A stretch of DNA of 63,672 nt, counting the filler, from Octopus bimaculoides (taxonomy: Eukaryota), in NCBI RefSeq assembly GCF_001194135.2. It is 6 parts of 6 records of this genome, joined end to end, with 100 filler letters (N's around TTAATTAATTAA, not from the genome) between each part and the next. Parts side by side here need not be neighbours in the genome. Positions count along the whole stretch, not along the records: positions 16,033 to 36,005 come from NC_068983.1; positions 36,106 to 47,109 come from NC_068992.1; 4 more parts are not named here. One strand, written 5' to 3'. Shown here piece by piece: positions 26,041 to 39,119 of this stretch. A program made the translations under genes and the position numbers. The first letter of the stretch is position 1. Each line of letters opens with the position of its first letter. The notes under the pieces were generated by a model. That model was not told the origin of the DNA. It did not search any database and worked only from the letters and a program-made list of their open reading frames with translations.

Positions 26041-26650
26041 AAAAGGGGCACCCAAAGGACACAGGAAATTGGCAATATTATTTTATTCTCTTAGTTTTAC
26101 ATGTTTACACTTTTATTGCCTTCAAAGTATTCTCCTTTTGAAGCAATGCATTGGTCTAGACACATTTTCCACTGTTCAAAGCAGTCCTGGAACTCTTGCA
26201 AAGTGATGCCTTTTAACACTGACATCATTTTTGTCTTCACCTCTTTCACATCTGCAAAACATTTACCTTTAAGGACATTTTTCATTGGGGGGACAAGAAA
26301 GGTATGGATCAACTTCTTTCAGTCCACAACACGCATTAAGTTGTGAATGCTTTTGATTTTCCATGAGCAAGTTAGGCACAAATTTTGCTGTAACTCTTTT
26401 CATTAGCTATTCCTCACTCAAAATTCCTTCGCAGGATCTCCAGGACAACTGTTCATCAATGGTTCTCCATGATCAGTTCATGAAATTTCGTGATGTTTGC
26501 ATTGATGGTCCCCCTGAATATGATTGGTTTTCAAGTGAGAAGTGACCATTCCTAAAGTGTGGAAACTATTTGTAAATGTGTTTTGCTCATGGCAGCATCC
26601 TTGTAAGTTGTTTGAAGCATGACAACTGTTTCGGCTGCTATATCTTTGTG
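26040..26650 (-). mobile_element. Mariner deletion derivative truncating the PLE RT
   Basis: Minus ORF LKGKCFADVKEVKTKMMSVLKGITLQEFQDCFEQWKMCLDQCIASKGEYFEGNK is a mariner transposase C-terminus. Confidence 0.85.
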
Positions 26651-26809
26651 AGTGTGTGCGTGTGTACGTGCATGCATGCATGCGTGTGCGTATGCAAGAG
26701 AGTTAGCATATGAATGCAGGCAAGCTGAATGGTTACAAAATCCACTTTTTAGTCATAAGACCTTGGGTTTGATCTCACTGGCAATGTTAATTTAATTGAT
26801 GTTTTTTAT

Positions 26810-27152
26810 GAAGGTGCATGGCTCAGTGGTTAGAACACTGGGCTCACAATCATGAAGTAGTGAGTTTGATTCCCGGACTGGGCTGTGTGTTGTGTTCTTG
26901 AGCAAGATACTTTATTTCACATTGCTCCAGGTCACTCAGCTGTAGAAATGAGTTGTGACATCACTGGTGCCAAGCTGTATCGGCCTTTGCTTTTCCCTTG
27001 AATAACATCAGTGGTGTGGAGAAGAGAGGCTGGTATGCATGGGCAACTGCTGGTCTTCCATAAACAACCTTGCCTAGAGTTGTACCCCGGAGAGTAACTT
27101 TCTAAGTGCAATCCCATGGTTGTTCATGATCCAAAGGAGTTTTTACCCCTTT
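26810..27152 (+). mobile_element. tRNA-derived SINE family D
   Basis: A-box-like TGGCTCAGTGG, B-box-like GAGTTTGATTCC, core TTGAGCAAGATACTTTATTTCAC...CTCAGCTGTAGAAATGAG. Confidence 0.88.
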
Positions 27153-27828
27153 AAAGTGATATTAGGGTAAATCTATCTTTGATTTAGGTCAACCCAAACC
27201 TTATGAGTGAAACTGAGACAATGGAAAGAAACAATGAGGAAGTTATCAGGTGGACCATTCCAGTAAGTCAAAGCATCACACCTCACACACATGTTGAGTT
27301 TACTTCAGGATTACATTAGCAGAACACATATCTGTGAAATACTCATCCATTTACATTATAATTTAATGAGTAATTCAGGTAATTTAGTTAATTAAACAAC
27401 TGGAAAGCTTACTGTCAAAAAAACCCCAACCCCTGCAAAACATCCATCATGTTGGTACGTGTGTATAGGGATGTGTTTATGCTTTCAAGAATGAGTGTTT
27501 GAATTGTGTTTATATGTGAATGTGTGTGTGTGGAAGTTCTAATGTGTGCTACTTTTAATGTGTATTATTTTATGTGTGGTATTGTGTGTGTTTTTGAATA
27601 CATAAATATTTTTAAATGTGTGTATGCATTTGTATATTTTTGCATATTTACACCTATGTATAATATATATGTATAATGTGATATATATATANNNNNNNNN
27701 NNNNNNNNNNNNNNNNNNNNNNNNNNNNNNNNNNNNNNNNNNNNNNNNNNNNNNNNNNNNNNNNNNNNNNNNNNNNNNNNNNNNNNNNNNNNNNNNNNNN
27801 NNNNNNNNNNNNNNNNNNNNNNNNNNNN

Positions 27829-27859
<31 letters not shown>

Positions 27860-28084
27860 CATGCATAAATGTACAAGTGTGTGTGTGTGTGTGTGTGCAG
27901 TGATGGTGCAAATTTATAGTGATCAGTTATCTAGCTGTTTGTGCATATTGTGTGCATGTACCTCTGTCTGTATGTGTGGGTGTGTGGATGTCTGTTTGTG
28001 TGTGATGTGATCAGGTGAGGTAAGAAATCAGCTGAATCATTTAAGAGACATCAGATGTTGTTTGTTGGCAGCTGAGTCTGAGGT

Positions 28085-28800
28085 GTTAGGGACATGTGAT
28101 AGCAGTGATAGTGATGGTAGTGTCAGTAGTGGTGGTGTTGTTGTTGTTGGTGGTGGTGGTGGCGGTGGTGATTGAGGCAGTGGTGATAGTAGCAGTAGTA
28201 GTGCTGATGGAAAAGGTGATGGTTGTATTGGTAATGATACTGACTACAGTATATGTGGAGATAGTGGTTGTTCTTTAGCCCTGGTTCAACCTTGATTGAG
28301 CAGACCTATGCTCAAAGACAGTCCAACCATGGCCATCATGTTTTTTTAAAAAATATCTTGGACTACATTACCTAAAGTGTTCTTCTTAGTTCTTTTTAAG
28401 TGACACCATTATTGCCACTACCACCAGCACCACCAGCATCACCACCATTACTATTACCACCACCACCGTCAACAACAACAACGTTACCAACAACACCAAT
28501 ATCAACACAACCAGCACCAACCTCATCAATATCAGTACCACCACCAGCAACACCAACAATACCAACACAACCTATACTTAACACCTCCACCACCACCGTC
28601 ATCATTATCAATAGTGTTGGCGTCAGCACTGGTATCATGAGCATTTTGTTCTCACCGACAAAACATCAGCTTCATAAATGTTATCATCATCATCATCATC
28701 ATCCTCATCATCATCCTCATCATCCTCATCATCATCCTCATCAGCTTCATCTTCAGCATTGTTATCTCTGTCCTCAGCACCACCACTACCCCTATTACCA
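28085..28800. repeat. Degenerate trinucleotide tracts: (GGT/GAT)-rich block then (CAC/CAT)-rich block
   Basis: 28085-28270 G/T-rich; 28405-28800 C/A-rich; separated by a family F repeat. Confidence 0.85.
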
Positions 28801-29712
28801 CTCAACATTATCTGTTAATCCAACAAGAGAACACATATCTACAGTCAGCTGATCTGCTAGAAATAGTAACAAAATGTGCTTCCAACCATGCTCAGCTATC
28901 TTTAAAAAAAAATAATAAATGAGAACACAACGTACAATGAAGTCCAATTTAATCCATTCCAGGATTAAAAAAAAAAATTGAATGGCCCATGGTTTGAATG
29001 TTTTTGGTCACAGGCATGCAACCTTTTCTTGAGAAGCAGGCTTCATGAAACATGACTCGTCATCAAACATGGTACATTATTAAGAAATGGTAATTTTTCA
29101 TTAGGCATGCTACTCAGAAGATTCTGTGGGCTGCAGGTTCCTTATGACTGATTTAGAATCAAATGGAAGGATTGTCAAATCAATATTTCATAAGGCTGTT
29201 TGAGTCGAAAGTTTTGTCTTGTCTTCAGGAAGTAAACGCAATGGAGATGATGATGTTGATGTGTGTCATCTCATAATAACACTTCATCTGGTATTTGTTT
29301 CCTAAAATGTTTTCTGAACTAGGTTCATCCTCCCAACAAAAGAATATCCTTGATTCTTATGATTTTAAGCATGTGAGAGAAATTTGCTCTTGTTTCTGAT
29401 CAAGCAGAGCGATAGTCAAAGCATTCCAGCTATGGCCATCCCATCTTTTTCTTATTATATAACACTACTCTTTCTAAGATGGTAGGGTGTGATTTTAGGG
29501 CTATTTGGTAGCAATTTCTTGTAAGTTCAGCAACCCCTTAGAAACGCTCTCATTAGCTCAGATAGCAGTCATGATTCCATTTCTAAACCATGAGTGACCT
29601 CATCCAAATCTATGCTATCATACTTAAGTTTCTCTCCTATCCACCCCCTTTTTTTTTCTTTTGTGCTATTCCATCCAATATTACAAGATGGCAAATTAGT
29701 AGAACTTCTAGA

Positions 29713-30104
29713 GTGAATGACTGGCACTCCGTTGGTTACGACAACGAGGGTTCCAGTTGATCCAATCAATGGAACAGCCTGCTCGTGAAATTAACATGCA
29801 AGTGGCTGAGCACTCCACAGACACATGTACCCTTAACATAGTTCTTGAGGGGAGATTCAACGTGACACAGATTATGACAAGGCTGGCTCTTTGAAATACA
29901 GGTACAACAGAAACAGGAAGATAGAGTGAGAGAAACTCGTGGTGAAAGAGTTCAGTAGGGTTTGCCACCATCCCCTGCCGGAGCCTTGTGGAGCTTTAGG
30001 TGTTTTCGCTCAATAAACACTTACAACACCCATTCTGGGAATCGAAACCATGATCTTACAACTGCGAGTTTGCTGCCCTAACCACTGGGCCATTGCACCT
30101 CCAC
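29713..30104 (-). mobile_element. tRNA-derived SINE family C with 12-bp TSD
   Basis: Reverse complement of 7870-8259; TSD AGAACTTCTAGA at 29701-29712 and 30105-30116. Confidence 0.92.
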
Positions 30105-31835
30105 AGAACTTCTAGAATATTAAAAAAAAAAAAAAAACTTGATTTATTTGTTCCAGCTCTCTGTACTCTCAATTTAAATCATACCAATGTCAGCTTTATC
30201 TTCATTCTATCAGGCTTGATAAAATAAAGTCCATACCAATGGATATGCCAATCCAGGGAAATGGATTGGCCGGTCCAGAGTGGATTGATGGAATTGTTAC
30301 AGTGTTAGACAGGATGTTTTGTTGTATTTGTTCAGGCTGTTAGCATTTTGTGTTCTCAGATGGTAAATTTAACCCTTTCCCAGTTTAACACCTCTAATAT
30401 AGTCCTTGAGTTCCTTTAGTGAATTTTATTCTGTTGCAAACATTTTAACCTAATCTCTGGTTTGAGTATAACTTTCTCTCTCCAGTCTCTGAGGCTCATA
30501 CAAAAAAAAGTGGTAAGGTTATGTACTCTACTCTTTCCTGACTAATCAGTTACAAAAGAAAAAATATCCTGAAGCATAAAATGATAACTACAATTAAAAC
30601 TGTTGAAGTTTAGGTTCTCCATTTACTCTAACAACTAATATTGATTTATAGGCAGGACAGTTTTGACAGTCATTTTACTCCCAAAGAGCATTACTTGTAG
30701 GTGAACAGTAAGAGTCCCAATTGTGAATTGAAACCAGATAATCAGTTTTGACATGCTAGGCATTTGCCACTATCTTATACCACTCCCTGTATGCATAGGG
30801 CTGGTGAAGATAATCAAGAAGACTAAATAAATTTTAATTTACAAATTTAAATCAGCTGTAGTAATGTAAAATTATTGGTCACACATACACAATATGTTTT
30901 GCTTAAACGCCCATTTGCTGTCAAATATTATCCAAGGAAAGCTCCCTGCAGTCAGTGTCATGTAGGGAGCCCTCCCCGGATGCTATCCTGTGGCAAATGG
31001 GCATTTAAACAAAACACATACACTATTACACATACACTGATTACAAACATTGTAGTTGTAGTAGGCAAAATGGTTAAGAAATACACTTCACAATCATGAG
31101 ATCCTGAGATTGATTCCACTGCATAACCTCAAATTAACCCATATCTTGTGAATGAAATTGGGTAGAAAGAAACTGAATAGAAGCCTATCAGATGGATTGT
31201 AACTACGATTCTATGTTCTGGCTTTATAATACAGTGTCATGCTGATTCCAGCTGTGAAGAATTATATCAAGAGTACATATCTCTGCGAAATATTCAAACC
31301 CATACATTCTAATTCAATAAACCTGGTAGTTCAACTGATGGAACAACTGGAAACTCAAACACAGAAATTCTAAGTTCCATTTATTTTTAGCAATGCTTTC
31401 ATAGGTGTGATTAAGTTTTCTTATGAGTTTACATTTGTTGCATACAGCTCTTCATTTTCATTGAGTAAATATAATGATTTCTTTGGAGCATAAATGAATT
31501 CACAAATCTTAGTAGAGATAAGCTATTATCTCATGAGTTTTACTATTGTTGGTATAAGTAGTGAGACAGGGGGTTAAGGTAGAGGTAGATGCATTAGGTA
31601 ATGTGATTCTACACACACTATGCCTGCATAAAACGCAAATAAATAAATAAAAACACAAGAATTAAAGCAAACTAGAAGCTAATCATGGCTGGAATGCCTT
31701 TAATCATAACTGTTTGACTGCCTGGGGCTAATCAATGACAACAACAACTACAACAACAAGCAGGAAAGTAAAAGTAAAACAAAACAAGAAAATATTTGAG
31801 CATGACATTAAACTGGTACAAAGTTTTGAGTTATA

Positions 31836-32067
31836 TATATCATCATCATCATCGTCGTCGTTTAACGTCCGCTTTCCATGCTAGCATGGGTTGGATGATT
31901 TGATTGAGGACTGGTGAAACCGGATGGCAACACCAGGCTCCAATCTAATTTGGCAGAGTTTCTACAGCTGGATGCCCTTCCTAACGCCAACCACTCAGAG
32001 AGTGTAGTGGGTGCTTTTACGTGTCACCCGCACGAAAACGGCCACGCTCGAAATGGTGTCTTTTATG
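31836..32067 (-). mobile_element. Young family A retroposon 3' end
   Basis: Reverse complement of 16033-16277; ends at a gap. Confidence 0.9.
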
Positions 32068-32259
32068 NNNNNNNNNNNNNNNNNNNNNNNNNNNNNNNNN
32101 NNNNNNNNNNNNNNNNNNNNNNNNNNNNNNNNNNNNNNNNNNNNNNNNNNNNNNNNNNNNNNNNNNNNNNNNNNNNNNNNNNNNNNNNNNNNNNNNNNNN
32201 NNNNNNNNNNNNNNNNNNNNNNNNNNGGTCTAGAGTTATATATATATATGGAGAGAGAG

Positions 32260-32264
<5 letters not shown>

Positions 32265-32305
<41 letters not shown>

Positions 32306-32346
32306 GTAGGTAGGTAGGTAGGTAGGTAGGTAAGTAGGTAGGTACG

Positions 32347-32399
<53 letters not shown>

Positions 32400-32408
32400 G
32401 GATAGATG

Positions 32409-32457
<49 letters not shown>

Positions 32458-32472
32458 GTGGATAGATAGATA
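32265..32472. repeat. (GATA)n/(GGTA)n tetranucleotide array
   Basis: Direct reading. Confidence 0.97.
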
Positions 32473-32826
32473 TGAAGCAGTGCTAAGAAAACAAGGCTGC
32501 TGAGTGTAAATGTTATATAAACTTTCTGTAGAAGCTGGTAAATTGCTACAACTGAATGTGTGTACCAAAGGAGGTAAAGAGTGAAGCATGGTGAGCTGAA
32601 CATTGCTTTATAAAATAAATATCATATGTTTAAATCACAGTTTACAGTGTTTAATATAAAATTATTATTAGCATATATTTTGGGATTTAATTCACCACAC
32701 TCCTGACAGAAATATAATTAATTACCTTCTATGCTATTTTTTTATATCTAGCACCTCCTCCCATTGCTGTAGATATTGCCATTTTGAAATGAAATCTACA
32801 AAGCAGGATATTTGCAAACATATATA

Positions 32827-32873
<47 letters not shown>

Positions 32874-33419
32874 GCGTAAGAATGTATATTCTTATGCATT
32901 CTGCGTGCATAAGAATGTATATATTTTATTGTAGGTACTGGAAAGTTCAGTGTCTTACATGACTGGTAGTACTGTCTCAGACTGTGAGGTATTGAACTTT
33001 CCAATACTCCCATTAAAAATGTTAGTCTATGAAGATATTCTTCTTAGAGGTCGCCATACCAAATGCCTAATACCACTGATGATATGAAATTAAAGGGCTT
33101 TTTAGGGTCATGCAAAGTTTAATTTTCCTTTGATTTGGCATTCAAATAAGAAGGTATGGACGACTAAGAACCTTTTCCAAGTGTAGCTTACAACGATTTT
33201 TTTTTGTTCTGCTATAGAAAGATACAGTACTGTGCATAAGCTTTACAATAAAGCATTTTTTCCTTTTATTCAATATACCAAACCGCCCAGTGAACTTGAA
33301 TGAGCTTTCTGATAATGTGAGAGTAGAATATAACCCCCAAAATACAACTTCTTTACTCTAGCCAATGGATCAAGATATAATAGCTAACTTCAAGGTATAT
33401 TATCTGAGAAGAGCTTTCA

Positions 33420-34347
33420 GATCTTTCTGATTTGGCGGGCGCCACTTGTTTTCTTAACGAAACACTTTCAAACTTGGGACACTGGTAGAATGTGTCATAT
33501 AAAACATCTTTTACTCTTAGTGTTATTGAGAAAATTTTATTTTTTAAAGTTATTTCGTGTTAAAATTGTCGTATTTCAGTAATTTCAACCAATCACTGAC
33601 GTCTATTGAGGTGAAAACAATTACTACTGTGAAATGTCAACAAAACGTTGTGCGGTGTAATGGGATCTTTTCCCTTGAATAAAATTAGTGCCGTTGTTTG
33701 TCAACAACAACTATCGGCGGTACTATTATTTATGACATTGTTCATGCATTTGTACTGGTTTTAGCTTTAGGGTTTTAGGGTTAGGGTTATGAGTATTTTT
33801 GCGAAATTTGGTGAAAAATTTGTGGTGGTGTATTGAACAGATTTTCACCAAATTTGGCAAAAATACTCATCACCCTAACCCTAAAACCCTAANNNNNNNN
33901 NNNNAACCCTAACCCTAAAACCCTAACCCTAACCCTAACCCTAAAACCCTAACCCTAACTCTAAAACCCGAACCCGAACCCTAACCCTAAAACCCTAAAG
34001 CTAAAACCAGTACAAACGCATGAACGATGTCATAAATAACAGTACCACTGATAGTTGTTGCTGACAAACAACGGCACTAATTTTTATTCAAGGGAAAAGA
34101 TCCCATTACACTGCACAACGTTTTGTTGACAATCCACAGCAGTAATTGTTTTCACCTCAATAGACGTCAGTGATTGGTTGAAATTACCGAAATACAACTT
34201 TTAACATGAGATAACTTCGAATATAAAAATTTTTGTCTGTTCTATAAGACAAAATATACAAGTATACGAAGCTTTAAAGTGTTTCGGTAGAAAACACACT
34301 GAATAAAACGTAAATAAAAAATGGTGCCCGCCAAATCAGAAAGATCC
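33420..34347. mobile_element. Foldback DNA transposon (Mutator-like by TSD) with internal TTAGGG arrays
   Basis: Ends GATCTTTCTGATTTGGCGGGC / GCCCGCCAAATCAGAAAGATC; direct repeat GAGCTTTCA at 33411-33419 and 34348-34356; arms pair inward to a loop of about 24 nt. Confidence 0.88.
33873..33997. repeat. Interstitial telomere-like (CCCTAA)n array with CCCTAAAA and CCCGAA variants
   Basis: Direct reading; contains a 12-N gap; short mirror (TTAGGG) array at 33767-33788. Confidence 0.92.
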
Positions 34348-35308
34348 GAGCTTTCAAACAACTTATGAAAGCAATTAACAGGAGGATAAACCTACAATTA
34401 GAGACTTCTGGAAGAAGTTTGACATAATTGATGTTGTACGTAACATAGCTGAGCCATGAGATGAAGGGAAACCTTCAATTTGAACAGTACTTGGAAAAAT
34501 ATTTGGCTAGACTGTATCCATGACTTTACAATTTTTCCACAAACAGAAAGTCTGCATCAAATTCGAAAAGATATTGTGATACTTGCAATTCATGTAGGTT
34601 TGAAGAAATTATAACAGATGACGCGAGATTGAGTTGTTAGTATCTCATAGATAATGTTTATTTAACAAGGAGCTGATGCTGTTAGAACAAGAATAAGTTG
34701 AAAATACAGGTGAGAATACAGAAATTCTACAAACTTAAACTAACTGCAAAAAAATATTACTAAAAGGTTGGAATTTATAGAGTAAGGTCTGCAAGTCTTT
34801 GCTGATAACAAATCTAACCATGAATGTAGCATGAAAATTCCAAAAGGAGCTTACAATGAGCTCAGTTTCTACACAGAGCTGTACAAAGTATTGACATCCC
34901 ATAAACATCAAACAATTTTGGGTAAGTTTTTTGCCCTTCAAGTAGACGTTGATGATGATAAACAATAAGATAGAGAATAGTGCCTCTTATCCTCCCAGCA
35001 CCTCTCCATCTGCTACCACCACCATCCCTCACACAGTAGTCAACAGCTTTTGTGATACCCTATTACAATATTATGGTTCTTATTTATTCCCTGGGTGAAT
35101 TTTTCTTCAAATGTTTTTATGTTTTCATATTGTACCGTATATATTTAGAAATTGTTATTTTCATGCTTAAAAGTGCCTATTTGTTGCTGCTTATTTGTTG
35201 CTGTTGTTATTGTCTATATTTCTCAAAAACAAAAATATCCATTGCAATACATTATCACTTTATAACATGAAAATCAATGGGAAAATTAATTTCATGTGAC
35301 AAGTTTTT

Positions 35309-35350
<42 letters not shown>

Positions 35351-35359
35351 AATAATGCC

Positions 35360-35725
35360 TGGTGCCTTGCCATACTCAAGAAGACCTATACTCTGCAGTA
35401 GAAGTGTTAAGAACAATCTCTCTGGTATTGTAAAGCACCCATGCAGTGCCATGTAAAAGCGCCTGTGTGGTGCCACATAAAAGCACCCATTTGGGGTCAC
35501 ATAAAAGTGTCCGTATGACACAACATAAAAGTGCCCGTGTGGTGCCATGTAAAAGCACCTAGCACACTCTGTACAGTGGTTGGTGTTAGGAAGGGCATCC
35601 AGCAGTAGAGACCATGTCAAATCAGACTGGAGTCTAGCGAAGCTCCCCAGCTTGCCAGCCCTGGTCAAACCATCCAACCTATGCCGGCATGGACAATGGA
35701 TGTTAAATGATGAGGATGATGATGG
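35360..35725 (+). mobile_element. Family A-related retroposon with tandem GTGCCATGTAAAAGCACC-like subrepeats
   Basis: Four to five imperfect ~20-nt units at 35435-35560, then the family A-type 3' end and GATGAGGATGATG tail. Confidence 0.8.
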
Positions 35726-35898
35726 CCATATTTCATTCCATAACAGCTACCTCTGATGAATGCAAAGTTACATAATCAGATTGTTACCTAACACTCTGTT
35801 GAATCCCTAATGCAAAACCGATTTGTAAGATCGGCTGTAATGGATATATAATACTGTACACTTTGAATAATATATGTATATATGTATATAAATAACTA

Positions 35899-35941
<43 letters not shown>

Positions 35942-35970
35942 ATGTATATACGTGTATATATGTGTGTGTG

Positions 35971-36005
<35 letters not shown>

Positions 36006-36105
36006 NNNNNNNNNNNNNNNNNNNNNNNNNNNNNNNNNNNNNNNNNNNNTTAATTAATTAANNNNNNNNNNNNNNNNNNNNNNNNNNNNNNNNNNNNNNN
36101 NNNNN

Positions 36106-36176
<71 letters not shown>

Positions 36177-37034
36177 CAAACAAATGTAGTTTATTAAAGG
36201 CACGAAGCTGTATCTAATTGTAGGAAAATGAGCTATTCCAATATATAATGCCAAGCAAGCAAACATGGAACCAAAAAAACAGTGTGCATGTGACCGTTCT
36301 GTGTTAGAAATAGCAGCTACATCACTAACTCGCACCCTTTTCAATTTGTGTTAATGACTCCAGACAATGCATTGATGCAAATCGATTGATTAATATATAC
36401 TTTCCTTGCAGAAAACTGGCGTGTCCATAGATAGAATTGTCTCGAAAATTGGTACTCTTGCTCGTGCCTCTCCTACTACTATACAACAACAAGAACAACA
36501 GCAAAGATGAAGAATATTTTAACAGTAATAGTTATAGCCTTTTCTAATGTCATCCATTTTGAAAGCCGCATGTTACTTGATGATATCGATTTCTACATTT
36601 AAGTGGTGCTTTAGTTTATTGATTTCTAGATGATGAACAGCTAAGTTAAACTGGGCAATGTTTAAGCTCATAAGTTATAGAGTGAGATAATTTCTCCGAT
36701 GTTTAAACTTTTCTGCCTATGCCTGTCCTTAAACAACATCGTTAACGACAAAATGAGGACCGAATACATATCGTCACGTTACTCTATATAAAGACAAAAT
36801 TTAAATCTCGATACTTCAATTCACAAGGTCTTCATGTTTAACTACTTATATGACGTTGTTTCCACTTTTAGCTGGCAGAGTTTAGTAAAACGAAGGAGAG
36901 TTTTAGAAATGATGTTTTCAACGCACTCGTGTGTATTATTTTTGTAAATCCGAGAGAGACTTTTTTTTTTTAATCATCTCAAATTATCACCCATAAAGTA
37001 TCTAGATTCAATGCAAATACTTAGATAAACACAT

Positions 37035-37076
<42 letters not shown>

Positions 37077-37558
37077 GCGTGTGTGTATGTGTGTATGTAC
37101 GTACGTATGTATGCATATATAAAAAAGGGAAATAGGAAAGCTTCTGAGAGTTCGGAAAGGTTCACAAACCCTTTATATTTCAGTCACAAAGACCCATCCT
37201 CAGAAGAAAAACAGCCTGGAAAATGTCTAGTTGTACAGGTTCCGTAACTAGACATTTCCCAGCTTCCTTATTTTCCCTTTTCCCTTGTTAACACATACAC
37301 ACACATATACACACATACACACACACATATACACACATACACACACACACACATATACACATATATATATATATGCATAAATGTATGTGTGTATGTATAC
37401 GTACATGTGATAGTTCTATATGTACATGAAGTTAGTGTTATAATTGCATGTGTGTGTGCGTGTGTGTGTGTGTTAGTATACTTAAGAATTTTATTTAAAG
37501 AGTTGAACATTTCTCCTGTTTACCTCTATTTATAGGCGTGAATTGTAAGATAACTTAC

Positions 37559-37626
37559 CTGGATTTCATTTAGTTTGCTGCACACAGTAAACATTTTCAT
37601 GTGGCGCCAAAATTATGGTACTCTAC
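37559..37626 (-). CDS. Candidate upstream exon carrying a start codon (MKMFTVCSKLNEIQ)
   Basis: CAG|GTAAGT donor at 37559/37558; ttgcAG acceptor before 37626; ATG at 37600 with an in-frame upstream TAA; phase 0 fits the FGD exon. No homology support. Confidence 0.3.
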
Positions 37627-38249
37627 CTGCAACAGAGTTCGACTGAATTCGTGTGAATGCAATATATCAGAGAGTATTACTACCGTAAACACAGTTATTG
37701 AAGAAAATTCAATGCGCTCAGCACATTCTGGTATTCAAATAGTACAGATAAAAAAATGAGATAAAGTAATATACCCTAATTAAACCACATGAATACATAT
37801 ATATATCTCACCAACACAGCAGCTCGTCTCTAGACATAAGCTTCTGGTCATCTTGCTAATTACTCCAAACATCTGTTCAGAATTTCACCAAATTTTCTTA
37901 GAAAACACTCCCCGGTTACCATCATTGCACTCTCATACAACAATGAAGGAAGCAGAAATAGGGTTGGAAATATCAAATAAGCATAATGTGTCTGGTTTCG
38001 CGAAGGAACGCAATCAAAGTTTTCATATTCTAACAATACCACATTGGCAGCAGAGTACAAATGCTAATCAAAATGTTTATAAATGCGTTTAAAATGCATG
38101 CTCCAAAAATCAACCTAAAATAGTACTGTTCAGATATATACCAGAAGACAAGAAAGTAGGGGAAATTTCAAGAACAGTATATTAATATCAAATGTAATCG
38201 AAATAAAACTTGACATCAAAAACAAACTAGGAAATAATTAGAAATAATA

Positions 38250-38505
38250 TAGTTCTATATTTAAGAGATGAGAAATTATGTACATTATTTATATTATTTA
38301 CATTTGACGGGTATTTGTCCTCATTTTGTTTGTTGTTAACACAACGTTTCGGCTGAGATACCCTCCAGCCTTCATCAGCTGTCTTGGGTAAATTTCGAAC
38401 CTGGGTTCTCATTCCTAAGGTATTTTTCGATATTATTATTATTCAGGTCACACTCGGAATCTTGGGGTTAGTAGCCCCCGTTCTTAACCACTACGCCATA
38501 TGCCC
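38250..38505 (-). mobile_element. tRNA-headed SINE-like element whose body contains a hammerhead motif
   Basis: Minus strand GGGCATATGGCGTAGTGGTTAAGAACGGGGGCTACTAACCCCAAGATTCCGAG (A-box TGGCGTAGTGG; B-box region truncated), a (TAA) linker, then the hammerhead and an AT-rich tail. Confidence 0.75.
38338..38383 (-). ncRNA. Minimal type-I hammerhead ribozyme motif
   Basis: GACAG-CUGAUGA-A-GGCUG(GAGGGUAUCU)CAGCC-GAAA-C-GUU-GUGUU: intact core, perfect 5-bp stem II, palindromic AACGUU stem III, stem I 4 of 5 pairs (G-G at the first position). Confidence 0.75.
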
Positions 38506-39119
38506 GTGGGCAATTATGGAGTGAATTTTTAGGGCTGATAAATCTAATATTTTCCTATCCTTCCTTATTAACGGTTCCCCTATGCTATTCATATCTGCAC
38601 TCGGTCTGCTTCGGAGGATCCTCTGTCCTAGCATATGTGCTGCTTCTTGTAGTTTTCGTATTTTCCAGTGTTGTTCTCTCTCTATTATTTGTAAATAATA
38701 TAAATAATCAGAATTAAATTCCACAGAACAGACAATTGCAAATTTTAATCCAAAAGAAATCACAAAGCTAAAAGTGAAATAATATATATTAAGCATTACG
38801 ACATCTTGCTCAAATTAGTCAAGTAGGACGATGGAAAACTTTATAAGCCACGCAGAAAATATAAGAATGGACGAGCTCTCGCAGCCAGAAAATATTCTTA
38901 CTATTTATAATCGCATATGCTTTTTCATAATCTATTGTTTGGGTTAGCTCGTTTTTCTGTGTATTTTTTTTTTGTTTTACTTTCAGTGAAATAATAGTAA
39001 AACATACTCAGACCAAATCATTAACGGTTCAAATTCATAGGAATCTGATCTCCCTAACAAACATCATCATCTACAACTAGAACAAAAAAGGCCATGTACC
39101 TTACTGCAATACTACGTAG

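Noticed and set aside
28400-28852. 150-aa Pro/Thr/His-rich ORF
   Set aside because: Translation of degenerate CAC/CAT repeats; no domain or supporting splice context.
31995-32603. 202-aa (YLSI)n ORF
   Set aside because: Translation of the (GATA)n array plus a gap.
33873-33997. True telomere or chromosome fusion site
   Set aside because: The arrays are short and sit inside a TIR element with a TSD; transposon origin explains them better.
35435-35560. Short spaced direct repeats resembling a CRISPR array
   Set aside because: Imperfect tandem ~20-nt units inside a retroposon, no unique spacers, eukaryotic context.
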